A DNA stretch of 64,000 nt from Bdellovibrionales bacterium (GCA_031370005.1 JANMPT010000110.1:1-64000); one strand, 5' to 3'; shown: positions 1 through 10,547, counted from the stretch's first letter. Notes: generated by a model from the letters alone, not told the origin. Made by a program: numbers and translations.

Positions 1-1
1 C

Positions 2-214
2 ACTAAAGCCTATCGCGGAAGCAAGCTCTCCACTCCCTTTTGGCAGGGCTTAGCCTTTACCAGGGTATTAAAAAGCTCTTTTGAAGAGATGCAGCTTAAA
101 GGCTATTTTCAGGCCAATCGCGAGCAGGCTGAGAGGGGCTACATTGCTCGGCAAGAGTATTTAGATAGATTCAACCGCTGGGTTTATCGACTGCGGGTAC
201 AGGATTACTTCTGA
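2..214 (+). CDS. 3' end of a hypothetical protein (truncated by window start)
   Basis: Frame open from base 2 to TGA at 212-214 (TKAYRGSK...RVQDYF), translated by hand; no family recognised. Confidence 0.6.
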   Translation, partial: TKAYRGSKLSTPFWQGLAFTRVLKSSFEEMQLKGYFQANREQAERGYIARQEYLDRFNRWVYRLRVQDYF

Positions 215-295
215 AGACGGAGCGCTGATGTCCAAAAGTTCTTTATTACAGCCCTAAAAACCGGGTTTGCCTCTGGCTGCCGGCCAAGTTATGCT

Positions 296-754
296 TTGGC
301 AATGATAGAAATCATTATTTATGGGCTTTTATTTATTCTTGGTTTAGGACTTATTAGCTTTCGACCCATTGAGAAAACCACCGGAATTTCTCCTTATTGG
401 GAGATCGGTTTTGGTTCCCTTTTAGTGGTCTTTTTTGCCATTACAGTAACCTCAAATTTTGTAATGGAACCCATGAACGAAGAGGAGCTCGCAAAAAAGC
501 CCTGTGGTGCGAGCAGCCCTCAAGGCAGCTGCTACAGTATTGAGTATTCCTTGTGTGAAATTGCTTGGCAGAGAGCCGAAAGTCACTGCAAGTCAGAAAT
601 GGCGCAGGTTATGAGAGATCGCCCTTCTGCCCTTATCGGGCCCACATTAAGTCGTTGCCGCGCTAAGCAGATGGATCAAGCGCTTAGATATAATCGCACG
701 AATACGGATAGTGCTTACTGTAAGTCTTATTTCGAGCACATTGACAAGAGGTAA
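296..754 (+). CDS. hypothetical membrane protein, two N-terminal TM helices and Cys-rich exported domain
   Basis: Two hydrophobic segments then six spaced Cys; start may be ATG at 302. Confidence 0.7.
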   Translation: MAMIEIIIYGLLFILGLGLISFRPIEKTTGISPYWEIGFGSLLVVFFAITVTSNFVMEPMNEEELAKKPCGASSPQGSCYSIEYSLCEIAWQRAESHCKSEMAQVMRDRPSALIGPTLSRCRAKQMDQALRYNRTNTDSAYCKSYFEHIDKR

Positions 755-856
755 TGGTCGATTGATGAACAGAGTCGCTGGGCCTAAGTCGCAGTTTTCG
801 GTTACCTAGGTGAACGGACCTTTGCGGAAGACCTGAGCGGGCACTATCCTGATAGT

Positions 857-1522
857 ATGAAAAAGACCCCTCAATTGCGAAACCTTCTTTTTTCTTATGA
901 GACAACACTTTCTGAGGAAGAGTTTCAAAGTTTTGAACGAGAGGTTAATCGTCTACTGAATCATTATTCAGAAATTTTAAATTCTTATCGTGCCGGGGCT
1001 GAGCGAGCGCAGGTGGCTCAGGCACTGATTGATGAACAAGTAGAAATGAATTCTCATATCAAAACTAGTTGCCAAAAAGGATGCGGAGCTTGTTGTCATC
1101 TTGAGGTCGAAATCACTGAAGATGACGCGGACTTGTTAGCATATTCTATTCGCAATCAAAACTTGGTAATTGATGAAAAGCGCCTCCAGGAGTTGGCACA
1201 AAGAACGCGTTTAGACAAAAAATGGTCAGAGGGAGCAGTGTCTTCTAACCGTTGTATTTTGCTAGGTGCTGATAATGCCTGTAGCAACTACGCAAATCGC
1301 CCTTCAGTTTGCCGGAAACACTCAGTTACAACTCCTGCCGCCAATTGCTCCACTCTGGGAGCCTCGCCGGTCCCACTGCTGATTCCTATGAACGAAATCA
1401 TTCTCAGTGCGGCCCTTAATCAGCCAGGAAATGGGTTTGGATCACTGCCGAAAATGCTCGAAGCCGCGCTAATAAGAATCCGCGAAGCGGGAAGCCCCGT
1501 GGAGAGTGCGGATCTATTTTAA
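857..1522 (+). CDS. YkgJ-family Cys-cluster (CxxxCxxCC) Fe-S/zinc-chelating protein
   Basis: [10 protein letters not shown]...CILL...[12 protein letters not shown] motif set. Confidence 0.85.
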   Translation: MKKTPQLRNLLFSYETTLSEEEFQSFEREVNRLLNHYSEILNSYRAGAERAQVAQALIDEQVEMNSHIKTSCQKGCGACCHLEVEITEDDADLLAYSIRNQNLVIDEKRLQELAQRTRLDKKWSEGAVSSNRCILLGADNACSNYANRPSVCRKHSVTTPAANCSTLGASPVPLLIPMNEIILSAALNQPGNGFGSLPKMLEAALIRIREAGSPVESADLF

Positions 1523-2499
1523 CGATTCACGCTACTCATATCAGGGTAACGGCTTCCAGAGGTGACTCCTTTGGTAAACTCATGATTCAGCAGGGCTAGA
1601 TCTTTTTGCGTTAATTTAATTTCTGCAGCCTTGGCGTTTTCTTCAAGGCGAGATCGAGACTTTGTGCCGGGGATTGGAACAATATCGTCGCCTTGTGCAA
1701 GGACCCAAGCTAGCGCAAGCTGTGCAGTGGTGATTTTTTTTTCATGGGCAAGATCCTCGATATGCAAAACAAGCTGCATGTTTTTTTTAAAGTTTTCACC
1801 CTGAAAACGGGGATTGTTTTTGCGATAGTCGCCTTCAGGAATGTCTGCTTCAGTTTTAAATCGCCCAGTCAGAAAACCTCGACCTAGCGGGCTATAGGGG
1901 ACAAAGCCGATGCCGAGCTCGCGCACAGTTTTAAGAAGCTCTTCTTCGGGCTCGCGACTCCACAGCGAATACTCTGTTTGGAGAGCAGTTATTGGGTGGA
2001 TTTTATGAGCTTTGCGAATGGTTGCCGGCGCGGCTTCAGAAAGACCAAGATAGCGAACTTTACCTTCTTTAACAAGTTCTGACATCGCTTGAACAGTTTC
2101 CTCGATGGGAGTATTTGGGTCCACGCGATGCTGATAATAAAGATCAATCTGGTTCACTTTGAGCCTTTTCAGAGAATCTTCGCAGCACTTTTTTACATAT
2201 TCTGGTTTACCATTAACTCCAAGAAATTTTCCGTCTGGCGAGCGCATATTCCCAAACTTCGTTGCAATTACGAATTGGTCACGTTTTCCTTCGATAGCTT
2301 TGGCGAGTAACATCTCATTGGTGAAAGGCCCATACATATCAGCAGTATCAAGGAAATTGATTCCCAAATCTAAAGCATGGTGGATGGTAGCAATGGATTC
2401 TGCTTCATCACGCCCAGCGTAGAAGTCGGACATTCCCATGCAGCCGAGTCCCATACGAGAAACCTGCAGACCTTGGCTTCCCAATTTTACTTTTTTCAT
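1519..2499 (-). CDS. aldo/keto reductase (AKR13-like)
   Basis: [40 protein letters not shown] overlap with upstream fusion gene. Confidence 0.95.
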   Translation of the reverse strand: MKKVKLGSQGLQVSRMGLGCMGMSDFYAGRDEAESIATIHHALDLGINFLDTADMYGPFTNEMLLAKAIEGKRDQFVIATKFGNMRSPDGKFLGVNGKPEYVKKCCEDSLKRLKVNQIDLYYQHRVDPNTPIEETVQAMSELVKEGKVRYLGLSEAAPATIRKAHKIHPITALQTEYSLWSREPEEELLKTVRELGIGFVPYSPLGRGFLTGRFKTEADIPEGDYRKNNPRFQGENFKKNMQLVLHIEDLAHEKKITTAQLALAWVLAQGDDIVPIPGTKSRSRLEENAKAAEIKLTQKDLALLNHEFTKGVTSGSRYPDMSSVNR

Positions 2500-5400
2500 T
2501 TGAAACTCCTTGTTTTTGAAAATGCTTTGATACGGTTAATGCCTCCATCAGGATGGATCATCACTCGAATCTGTGAAAATTTTGCTGATGTTTTAACATC
2601 GAAAATAATCTTATTGCCAGCATAGTTTTTGACATTAATTTTATCAACCAATCTTGTCCAACCACCGTCTTCAAGCCCTTGAATTGATACCTCAAAGGGA
2701 TTGTTATTCACAAAATAAGTAAAATCAAGTTCGAGTCGTGCGAGAGAGGATTGCTTGCCAAGAGCTATGATTACCTCCTCAAAGTGTTCTTTGGCACGAC
2801 TTCGTGCAGACTCCATTCCATCAAACATATGAAGAGGAGGAAAAGGTGAAATCACCTGGGCCGCAGGGCCATAGTGCTCATTTGTTGCGCTGACGATAGT
2901 TCCGCCAAAGGCCGAGCTTGCTAGGTCGACTTCAGATCCGGGTTTGAGGCTCTCCCAGTTTTTTTTGATATTGAATTCCGTGGCATCGTATTTCGGCGTC
3001 AAGGGACGAATTGTCTGTGGAATGACATCGGTAAAGACGATGCTCTTTGCTTGATCCGCTGGGAGGTATTTGGCCTTCTCCGCTGTGGGTAGAGTCTCGT
3101 CATATAGTCCAAGGCGTGACAGCCCGCCATCAGGATAGAGAGATACTTTTACTTGGCTAAAGACTGCTGTGCCAGTGGTTGTTTTTATCGCTTTAAAGGC
3201 ATGACCTTGTAGCGCTGTTTTATCAAGGATGTCCTGCCAATTTTTAGTTTCAGAATTAAGACCTTCGATGCGAAGAAATTGTGCTTGATTGCCAAGATGG
3301 TATTTTGTTGAGATTCCAATATAGTGGATGCTGCTGGGTTTTTTTAATTTAAAAATCAATTCATCACAGGGCTTTTGATTGTGACGAACGCTTTCCCAGC
3401 TATCCATGATTTTACCCTGACGCCCAAATAGGCCAGGGTTAAAAGCGGGCAAGTGAGGCGAGAGAAGATTTTCTGCTCTCGCAAAGAGTTGATTGGTCAC
3501 CTCAAGAATTTCACCACCCACGGCTAAATTATAAGAAGCTAAAGGATCCAGAGGCCCTTTTTCTTTAATTTCTTCAGGTAAATCAGGTTGAAAGGCGCCA
3601 AAGATCAGATCGCGGTAGCCAATATTGACCACCTCTTGCTGTGGAATTTTACCGTAGGCAAAGTTTTTCCTAAAAAAATTAGTATCTATGCCTTCCATTT
3701 GAAACTCTGCAAGAATGGTTTGAGCTACGTCTGCAATGAAAAAAACGCCGTTGAGTTCAGCATTGCAAAGAATAGTAAATCCCAAACCTGCAGAGGGGCC
3801 ATTAAAGCAATGTACGAACAAGCAACGGAAGCCATCGTTTGCACCTTGATGAATGGCAAGACGATTCGGTCCTGCTTCTGCGATAAAAATACCAAGGCCC
3901 ATTTTTGTTCCCATGAATTCTTTGCAGCCACGATCCGTACCAGAAAGCATTTGCACAGCAGTGTCATGAGAGATTGCTCCTGCTTCTTCCTGGATGTGGA
4001 AAGCTTTGGTCAGACTTCCGAGGAAACGTGACATGTCGGCGGCAGTTCCCATGGCCCCAGCGGCCAAGGCTGGAAACATCTTGCGAGTGCCGGGGATTTT
4101 CTCACCAGTGGCAAGATAGCCATGGGCATATTCAATATTTGGTAAAGTTTTTTGCTCAAAGGAAAAGTCTTTAAGATTCAATTGGTCTAAGAATGGTTTT
4201 ACAAGGGCTTGAATTGTTTTTTTCTCAAGACTTTCTAAAAGATGCTCAAGAACTAGATAGCCACCTCCAGAGTATTGGAATATTGTGCCAGGCTCATTGA
4301 TAACACCAACAGATGGCAGAAGTTCTCTGAGCTCTGGCATCACTTGATTGGCAGGTGTGCCAAGAACGTAGTGCATATTCAGTGCACTGTGATTCATTAA
4401 TTGCGCGAGAGTAACCTGATCGCCCCACTGAGGGTTTGCGAGATCTAAGGATTTGACACGATAGTGAGACGTGGTCCTGGCGAAGATTGAATTAACCGAA
4501 GAGGTCAGAGCAATATTGGCATTGCGAAAATATTCAATGGCAAAGCAAGTTGCCACAGTTTTACTGAGCGAGGCCATCTCAAACCACGTATGAGCAGTCG
4601 CATTTCCAAAAGCCAAGTTTTGCTGTGAGTTTGGGCCTGATGTAATACTCACTTGTGCTGCATTGACTTGGTGCTTGCGAAGTGCTGCATCAATATTTTC
4701 CTGCAGATAATTCAGAGGCTGAGCCTGAAATCGCTTTTGAGTGATTTCCCAGAGGGCCAGGCGGGCATTCTGAAGCTCTTGAGAGCTGTTATTTTCAATT
4801 CTTGCAGAGAGCGCGGCTTGAAGCTCTTTGCCAGATTTACCTTGTGCAGAAATTAAAAATTTCATCCCAAATTTATCACGATAAAGCCTGCCGAGGCGGG
4901 CGAGTTCAGCTGTTAGTTGATTGTTAATAGTAGCGTCCTCTTTGAATACGAGGGCCTGCTCTTGTACAGCCATAGGGTCCAGAGTTTTTTTGTTTTCACC
5001 GATATCACCGTGGAAGCTTGCAGCGTCAAGCACATCGCTGAGCGTAAATTTTTTAATTATTTGCTCGGCTTGTTTTGTATCCATAATTATATTTTTGGCC
5101 ATGAGGCTTGCAAATGAAAGACTTCCACAAATTGAGAAGTAGTAATTGAAGCGCGCAATCGGCGCTTTCATTTGATATTTTTTTGGCTCAATTGCAATGA
5201 TGGCTGCCCAAGGATTTTCATTGTTGCGGATAGAGTCTATTGTGAATGCTAAAAGCAACTCAGTAGCAAATTCAACAGGCTTATCGCTTGTCATTAAGAG
5301 AATCATTAAATTCAATGCAATTGGATACCATTTCTCAGTTCGCTCATCCCATTTTACTTGGACAATTTTTTTGGAATTCGACAAGTCTTTACGAATAAAA

Positions 5401-7199
5401 TGAAGTTCCTCATGGGCGATTCTTAGGAAGTCTTCTAGGGGAAAACGACCATGATGAAGCTCGTGCCAGACTTCCCAGCGGGAGCGCTCAGCAGTTGCTA
5501 AATCATCCATCACCCGAGCTGGAATGCCATCAATTAGAGTGGGCAAGGCCACGCAGCCATTCCCCGAAAGCCAATCCGTGAGGTATTGTAAAGATTGGAA
5601 AACATTATAACGAATTTCTTCTGGATCATTATTGGCGATATAAGTGGACTCTTTGATATCTGCCACTAGCAGAGAGCGCTGATAAAGAGGGTTGGAAGTA
5701 TCAAGCCCCACCAAGTCGGGACCATTGATAAAATTCATAATTTCTTGATGATATTTTTTATCTAAAAGAGAGGTTACTAGAGTTTCTAGTTTCGTTTTGT
5801 CAGAATTTTGGTGGAAGCTCCATGCTTCGACAAGTGCAAGGCCCAGGCGAATGAAGTCAGGATGGGCAACCCAAAAGCCGGAAAGGTTTCTTTTTAGTTG
5901 AGTAATTACGTCCTTGATAAATCCTTTCATTGTCACCTGAAAGGAAGCACTTGAAAGCTCAGAATCAATTGGTAGAATGCCATACATGCCACCAATTTTA
6001 ATTCCCCCACGAGAGCCGACCACCTCGGCAAGTAAGTCATGGGAGCCTTTAATATACTTTATGACGATATCAGGATCTGCCTTTACCGGTATGCGATAGT
6101 TTGCGTCTTCTTTAAAAAGACGCGCAGTGGAGCCCAGGTAGTCATGCCATCCAAGAGAGGCCCCCGCAAAGTAAGGGTAGAGCTCGTCCATAATTTCATT
6201 TACACGAAAAACTGCACGGGGATTTTCAAGTACGATCAGCAGACGTATAGAGCCTATCCTATATTCTGGATGCGCTTTGCAGATCATTTTTTCTGCGGTC
6301 TCTATCATAATACGGATGTAGCGGGCCTCTTCTTCGGTTTCGAGTTTTGGTACGTAAAAAGCCAAGGCTTCAATGTTTTGCCAACTTGCAAATAGATGAA
6401 GCGCGAAATCATAAAGATGAAGCGGCAAAGGATTGTTTCGATAGAAAAGGAAAGGACATGGCAGAGCTATCCCTGGAAAGCGCTTTACCGGAAGGGCGAG
6501 GTGATCTTTTTCAAGTTTGTATTCTTTTTTGGTTTTTGGATCGGAGAAAGCGATTTTTTTTTCAAAACATTGAGTGAGGTTTTCACCGGCAGAAATAAGG
6601 TCTTGCCGTAAAGGAGTTTTTGAGTCCTCATCATCGGCTCCCCACTTTGGAGAGCTTGTGTGGGTATTAAGCAATTCTGCGATGATGGCTGGCTCATCTT
6701 TGAGTTTGCGATGATAAGCATTCATTGCATTGATAGAGAGTTTGGCATCATCCGGTGGGCCAAAGAGAGTGACATGATAGCCTTGCAAGAAGTCTGGAAT
6801 CTTTGCAATAGGGGCCCCGCCGCCGGCTTTGCAATAGAGCATGTTCTTAGGGCCAATCACAATTCTTCCAGCAGCATCCTCCTGGCCGATGAGTGTCTGG
6901 TAGCGCTCATCTAGGAAGTCAACTCCAAGAGATTTATTTAGTTCGTAGCATGCTCGAGTTCTTTGATCGATAAATTTTCGGTCGGCGATTCGCTGCTCAA
7001 GTACTTTGTTTAATTCGTTTTTAACGGCATCATAAAGATCACACAAAAACTGCAAGGATTCAGTGGTCTCTAGTCCGCCTAAATTGCCAATATGAATGAG
7101 GTCTGGAATCTCAGGAGCGGGTTTTCCCTCCGACATCAGCTGTTTGAGAAAACTCGCAGAGATATAGTCTTGGTAGTAAGGAATTTCTTTTTGAGTCAT
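2496..7199 (-). CDS. multifunctional fusion: malate synthase (aa ~40-655) + OHCU decarboxylase (~684-826) + beta-lactamase-fold serine hydrolase (~830-1165) + allantoicase, two repeats (~1222-1562)
   Basis: Malate synthase: [52 protein letters not shown] decarboxylase: [26 protein letters not shown]. Serine hydrolase: SLSK, YSG, HQG. Allantoicase: MDSWES / [19 protein letters not shown] / HPDGGINRI. Confidence 0.88.
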   Translation of the reverse strand: MTQKEIPYYQDYISASFLKQLMSEGKPAPEIPDLIHIGNLGGLETTESLQFLCDLYDAVKNELNKVLEQRIADRKFIDQRTRACYELNKSLGVDFLDERYQTLIGQEDAAGRIVIGPKNMLYCKAGGGAPIAKIPDFLQGYHVTLFGPPDDAKLSINAMNAYHRKLKDEPAIIAELLNTHTSSPKWGADDEDSKTPLRQDLISAGENLTQCFEKKIAFSDPKTKKEYKLEKDHLALPVKRFPGIALPCPFLFYRNNPLPLHLYDFALHLFASWQNIEALAFYVPKLETEEEARYIRIMIETAEKMICKAHPEYRIGSIRLLIVLENPRAVFRVNEIMDELYPYFAGASLGWHDYLGSTARLFKEDANYRIPVKADPDIVIKYIKGSHDLLAEVVGSRGGIKIGGMYGILPIDSELSSASFQVTMKGFIKDVITQLKRNLSGFWVAHPDFIRLGLALVEAWSFHQNSDKTKLETLVTSLLDKKYHQEIMNFINGPDLVGLDTSNPLYQRSLLVADIKESTYIANNDPEEIRYNVFQSLQYLTDWLSGNGCVALPTLIDGIPARVMDDLATAERSRWEVWHELHHGRFPLEDFLRIAHEELHFIRKDLSNSKKIVQVKWDERTEKWYPIALNLMILLMTSDKPVEFATELLLAFTIDSIRNNENPWAAIIAIEPKKYQMKAPIARFNYYFSICGSLSFASLMAKNIIMDTKQAEQIIKKFTLSDVLDAASFHGDIGENKKTLDPMAVQEQALVFKEDATINNQLTAELARLGRLYRDKFGMKFLISAQGKSGKELQAALSARIENNSSQELQNARLALWEITQKRFQAQPLNYLQENIDAALRKHQVNAAQVSITSGPNSQQNLAFGNATAHTWFEMASLSKTVATCFAIEYFRNANIALTSSVNSIFARTTSHYRVKSLDLANPQWGDQVTLAQLMNHSALNMHYVLGTPANQVMPELRELLPSVGVINEPGTIFQYSGGGYLVLEHLLESLEKKTIQALVKPFLDQLNLKDFSFEQKTLPNIEYAHGYLATGEKIPGTRKMFPALAAGAMGTAADMSRFLGSLTKAFHIQEEAGAISHDTAVQMLSGTDRGCKEFMGTKMGLGIFIAEAGPNRLAIHQGANDGFRCLFVHCFNGPSAGLGFTILCNAELNGVFFIADVAQTILAEFQMEGIDTNFFRKNFAYGKIPQQEVVNIGYRDLIFGAFQPDLPEEIKEKGPLDPLASYNLAVGGEILEVTNQLFARAENLLSPHLPAFNPGLFGRQGKIMDSWESVRHNQKPCDELIFKLKKPSSIHYIGISTKYHLGNQAQFLRIEGLNSETKNWQDILDKTALQGHAFKAIKTTTGTAVFSQVKVSLYPDGGLSRLGLYDETLPTAEKAKYLPADQAKSIVFTDVIPQTIRPLTPKYDATEFNIKKNWESLKPGSEVDLASSAFGGTIVSATNEHYGPAAQVISPFPPLHMFDGMESARSRAKEHFEEVIIALGKQSSLARLELDFTYFVNNNPFEVSIQGLEDGGWTRLVDKINVKNYAGNKIIFDVKTSAKFSQIRVMIHPDGGINRIKAFSKTRSFK

Positions 7200-7220
7200 C
7201 AGCTTTTTGGCAGTTACTGC

Positions 7221-7544
7221 CTAACTTCCTTTGTAGGTTGAATATCCAAATGGGTTTAGTAAAAGGGGGACGTGATACTTACGCCCAATGTCGACAACTT
7301 TAAAAACCACCTGTACATTCATGAAAAAAAAATCTCGTCCCTTTTTTTTGAAATATTCTTCGATTTCAAAAATGATTTGATAGGTGCCTGGTGCCTTTTC
7401 ACAATCAAAAATGAACCGGCCATCGGCATTGGTATTTCCCTTGGCGAGATCTCTCCACGTATTGCCATCTTTTTTTAAAAGTTTCACCAAGACGGATTCG
7501 GCAGGGGAGCCAAGGCTTGTATCTAAGATGTGGGTGCTTATCAT
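7221..7544 (-). CDS. uraH: 5-hydroxyisourate hydrolase (transthyretin-like)
   Basis: ISTHILDTS, TNADGR, YHVPLLLNPFGYSTYKGS. Confidence 0.95.
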   Translation of the reverse strand: MISTHILDTSLGSPAESVLVKLLKKDGNTWRDLAKGNTNADGRFIFDCEKAPGTYQIIFEIEEYFKKKGRDFFFMNVQVVFKVVDIGRKYHVPLLLNPFGYSTYKGS

Positions 7545-7558
7545 TTTGTTTCCTTCAA

Positions 7559-9190
7559 TTATTGCGTTTGTTTTGTCTTAAACTCAAATACCAAGTTCAG
7601 CTTGCCATTTGCCGCCACATCAACCTCTTTGGTTTGAGTCCCAAAGATCTCATGCCATAGTTCGAGGCTATAATGTCCTGGGGGGAGGTTCTTAATGCTG
7701 AACTGTCCCTTATCGTCAGTGATGCTGTAGTATGGATTGTCCATCACGGCAATGTAAGCGCTCATCCAAGGATGTACGCTGCATTTTGTCTGCACAAAAA
7801 TTTCAGGTTTATCAAAGATCTTTGTGATGCGGTCGTTTTTATTAGGCATAGCTATGTTGAAGATTTCATTATTTTTGGTGATAGATCGAACATTATGAAA
7901 AAGTGCATCGCTATTTACAAACTCTACTTTTTGGCCTACACGGCTGGCGCTAATTCTTGGCTCATACAAACAACCAATCTGATCAATAATCACAGGCTCA
8001 GTGGGAACATCTGTAAAGTGTTTCCCTTCAAGGCCTTTTGAGACGCGCACAAGAGCATTCTTCAGCAGTCCATTGTTGACGATAAGCTCATTGGAGTAGG
8101 CATCTCCTTTGTAGTGTGTCGCGCAGGCAAAGGGTAAAAGAAGTTTTTCTGCTTGAGGCACTGGGCCTTCAAATTTTACAATTCCGTTCACTTCGCTAAC
8201 TGTGCCCACCGCATCAGTGGAAGCGGGGATAATGGGCTTTGGCGTTTCAAGTTGAGTTTCCTGAGTCACCGCTGAATTGACCACATTTTCACGAGTAAAG
8301 ATCATCACGCCTAAAATCAAGAAAATACCAATGGCGGCAAAGACTTTGGAGCGAGTTGGATTCTTAATGCGAACCACAAAGAACTCGCGAATAGCAGCCC
8401 CCGCAGCGCTTATCAACAGCAGGATCAACCAATTCCACCGATTTCCATAAGTGGAGGAAAAGTGATTGCTTAGCATGATGAAGATAACAGGTAAGGTGAA
8501 ATAGGTATTGTGCGTGGATCTGTTCTTGGCGTTTTTTGCCCAGTCTTGATTAAGGGCCTCGCCTTTTTTTGCTGCTTCCACCATTTTAACTTGGCGAGGA
8601 ATGATTCGCAAAAAAACATTGGCTGTCATCCAAGTTCCAAGCATTGCACCGATATGCATGTAAGCTGCCCGGCCACTTAAGGTGTGACAAAGAAAGTAGG
8701 ACATTCCGGCAAACCAGAGCAGGGTCAGTGCGTGACCAATGAGGGGCGTATCTTTTGTTAGTTTTGTCTCCCAAAGGTAGTCATAAAAAATCCAAGAGAC
8801 AATAATTGAGCCTACACCGATTCCCACTGCTTGCCAGTACGTAACACCTGAGACTGAAGAGTCTAATAAAAAGGTTCCACCGCCAGTATAGAAGATCGCA
8901 AGCAGCAAGAAGGTTCCACTCATCCAAGTCCAATAGGACTCCCATTTAAACCAGTGAAGCTGCTCTGGGACTTTTATCGGGCCCATTTGCAATTTTTCGA
9001 CATGATAAAAGCCGCCACCATGAACCATCCAAAGATCACCCACATGGCCTGGTTTTGTAGAACTGGAGTTAAATTCAAAAGTCCGATCCAGCCACATAAA
9101 GAAAATTGAGGCTCCAATCCAAGCTATGGCAACAGTGATATGGAGCCAACGAACCAGCAGGAGTATCCACTCATATATTTCTTGATTCAC
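7559..9190 (-). CDS. puuD: PuuD-family integral-membrane urate hydroxylase/oxidase with C-terminal cupredoxin-like + carboxypeptidase-regulatory-like domain
   Basis: RWLHI..AIAWIGAS, LWMVHGGGFY, LHWFKWESYWTWMSG, RSTHNTYFTLPV, SNH; C-terminus has HNV...CSVHPWM and no CxxCH. Confidence 0.9.
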   Translation of the reverse strand: MNQEIYEWILLLVRWLHITVAIAWIGASIFFMWLDRTFEFNSSSTKPGHVGDLWMVHGGGFYHVEKLQMGPIKVPEQLHWFKWESYWTWMSGTFLLLAIFYTGGGTFLLDSSVSGVTYWQAVGIGVGSIIVSWIFYDYLWETKLTKDTPLIGHALTLLWFAGMSYFLCHTLSGRAAYMHIGAMLGTWMTANVFLRIIPRQVKMVEAAKKGEALNQDWAKNAKNRSTHNTYFTLPVIFIMLSNHFSSTYGNRWNWLILLLISAAGAAIREFFVVRIKNPTRSKVFAAIGIFLILGVMIFTRENVVNSAVTQETQLETPKPIIPASTDAVGTVSEVNGIVKFEGPVPQAEKLLLPFACATHYKGDAYSNELIVNNGLLKNALVRVSKGLEGKHFTDVPTEPVIIDQIGCLYEPRISASRVGQKVEFVNSDALFHNVRSITKNNEIFNIAMPNKNDRITKIFDKPEIFVQTKCSVHPWMSAYIAVMDNPYYSITDDKGQFSIKNLPPGHYSLELWHEIFGTQTKEVDVAANGKLNLVFEFKTKQTQ

Positions 9191-9399
9191 AGTAGGACCT
9201 TTTTAGGCAAAGAGGTGAACTGAGATTAAAGCATTTTGTAAGTGAAAAACCAACTTTTTTGGTTTACGGCTACCTTCAAATCTAGGTGCAGAAGACCCTC
9301 AGCGTTAATGGGGTGAGTTTGTGATTAATAAAAAACCAAACGCCTTGAGAATGCTTCCTCGCTTGCTGCTTTTGATGTAGGCTACTGTTCAAATGGGGG

Positions 9400-9681
9400 T
9401 TGTTAATGAGAGCGTCCACTAGATTTAGCCCTGATCCACTTGATTACGCCTTGATTGATTTTCGAGATGAGAAGACTTCATTTTCTCCAAGTGCCATTGG
9501 ATTAATTCTGAATGAGTCCTATACTGGTTGTTCGCTTGCGATTAAAACCAAGGAGAATATTATTCCCAATAAGAATCTGCGGATTCAAGTGGGTAAGCTG
9601 GGCGTGATGTCTGCTAAAGTCGTTTGGGTGAAAGTTCTTGACGAGACTCTTGTTCAGGTCGGAGTTCAGTTTTTAGATTAG
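9400..9681 (+). CDS. stand-alone PilZ-like domain protein
   Basis: RxxxR (RASTR), NESYTG, VVW...VGVQF beta-barrel pattern. Confidence 0.7.
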   Translation: MLMRASTRFSPDPLDYALIDFRDEKTSFSPSAIGLILNESYTGCSLAIKTKENIIPNKNLRIQVGKLGVMSAKVVWVKVLDETLVQVGVQFLD

Positions 9682-9709
9682 TGTTCTGCGAACAACATCG
9701 CGTATCGAT

Positions 9710-10468
9710 TCAAACAGCTGGTTCTTTTTGCATCGACTGATTCCAGACTTGAAAATAGATCATTGTCCAAAATAATATTCCCGAGGTAAGCACTGGAATT
9801 AAAAAGGCTCCGTGTCCAAAGCGTCCAAAGGCAAAACCACCAACGACTGATCCGAACCCAAAGAAAAAAATAATCCCCACTCTCATCAAACTTGCTTTTT
9901 TTTCGTTCTCTACATGATCATTTAGTTTACGGTGATTGAAAAGACGGACAAGGCCGATCCCAAGATCTGTCGTTATTCCAGTCAAATGTGTGGTGCGAAT
10001 GACAGATTTAGAAACTGTGGTAATTGTACCATTTTGAATCCCACATATAAAACAGAGTAAAATTAGCAAGGTATAATCCTGTGAGGACTCCAGTGGCTCA
10101 CCAAAGCGGCCCAGACGGCCAAGCATTCCGGCTATCGCCACAAATAAAGTAAGAAAAAAAATAATACCGAAGGTGATGTAGTATTTGGGTTTTATATGGA
10201 GCTTTAGACGAATATCTACAAGCTGACCACTTAGCATCGCGCCGAGAAGAAAAAATAAAGGCACGACAAGCATTCCTAAAGCATGCCGCGGCTCCTCTTT
10301 GCTTAAATCATAGCCGAAGAAGGTGGCAAAGCCAGTTATATGAGAAACAAAACGATGGCAGGCCATAAATCCACCAATATTTATAAGACCAGCCTGAAAT
10401 GCCATGAGCATCCAGATAGAGATATTACTTTTTGTATAATGGGAAATAGATGCATTACCGTAGAGCAT
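9710..10468 (-). CDS. YoaK/DUF1275 family membrane protein
   Basis: FVSHITG, GIQNG, RTTHLTGITTDLG; start reassigned to ATG at 10468. Confidence 0.9.
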   Translation of the reverse strand: MLYGNASISHYTKSNISIWMLMAFQAGLINIGGFMACHRFVSHITGFATFFGYDLSKEEPRHALGMLVVPLFFLLGAMLSGQLVDIRLKLHIKPKYYITFGIIFFLTLFVAIAGMLGRLGRFGEPLESSQDYTLLILLCFICGIQNGTITTVSKSVIRTTHLTGITTDLGIGLVRLFNHRKLNDHVENEKKASLMRVGIIFFFGFGSVVGGFAFGRFGHGAFLIPVLTSGILFWTMIYFQVWNQSMQKEPAV

Positions 10469-10547
10469 GGTTATACCTTTAATATAAATCATACCCGGAT
10501 TTATATTAAAGGCGCAATCGGTTGTATGGGCTGACCAGACCTTTAGT

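Noticed and set aside
755..856. Possible structured RNA/c-di-GMP riboswitch (CGCAAAG on the minus strand)
   Set aside because: Lacks the remaining consensus elements and orientation does not fit a downstream gene; would need an Infernal/Rfam search
3705..4712. Antibiotic-resistance beta-lactamase call
   Set aside because: Internal domain of a cytoplasmic metabolic fusion with no export signal; context favours metabolism
9191..9399. Purine riboswitch upstream of the urate operon
   Set aside because: No recognisable purine-riboswitch core seen by eye
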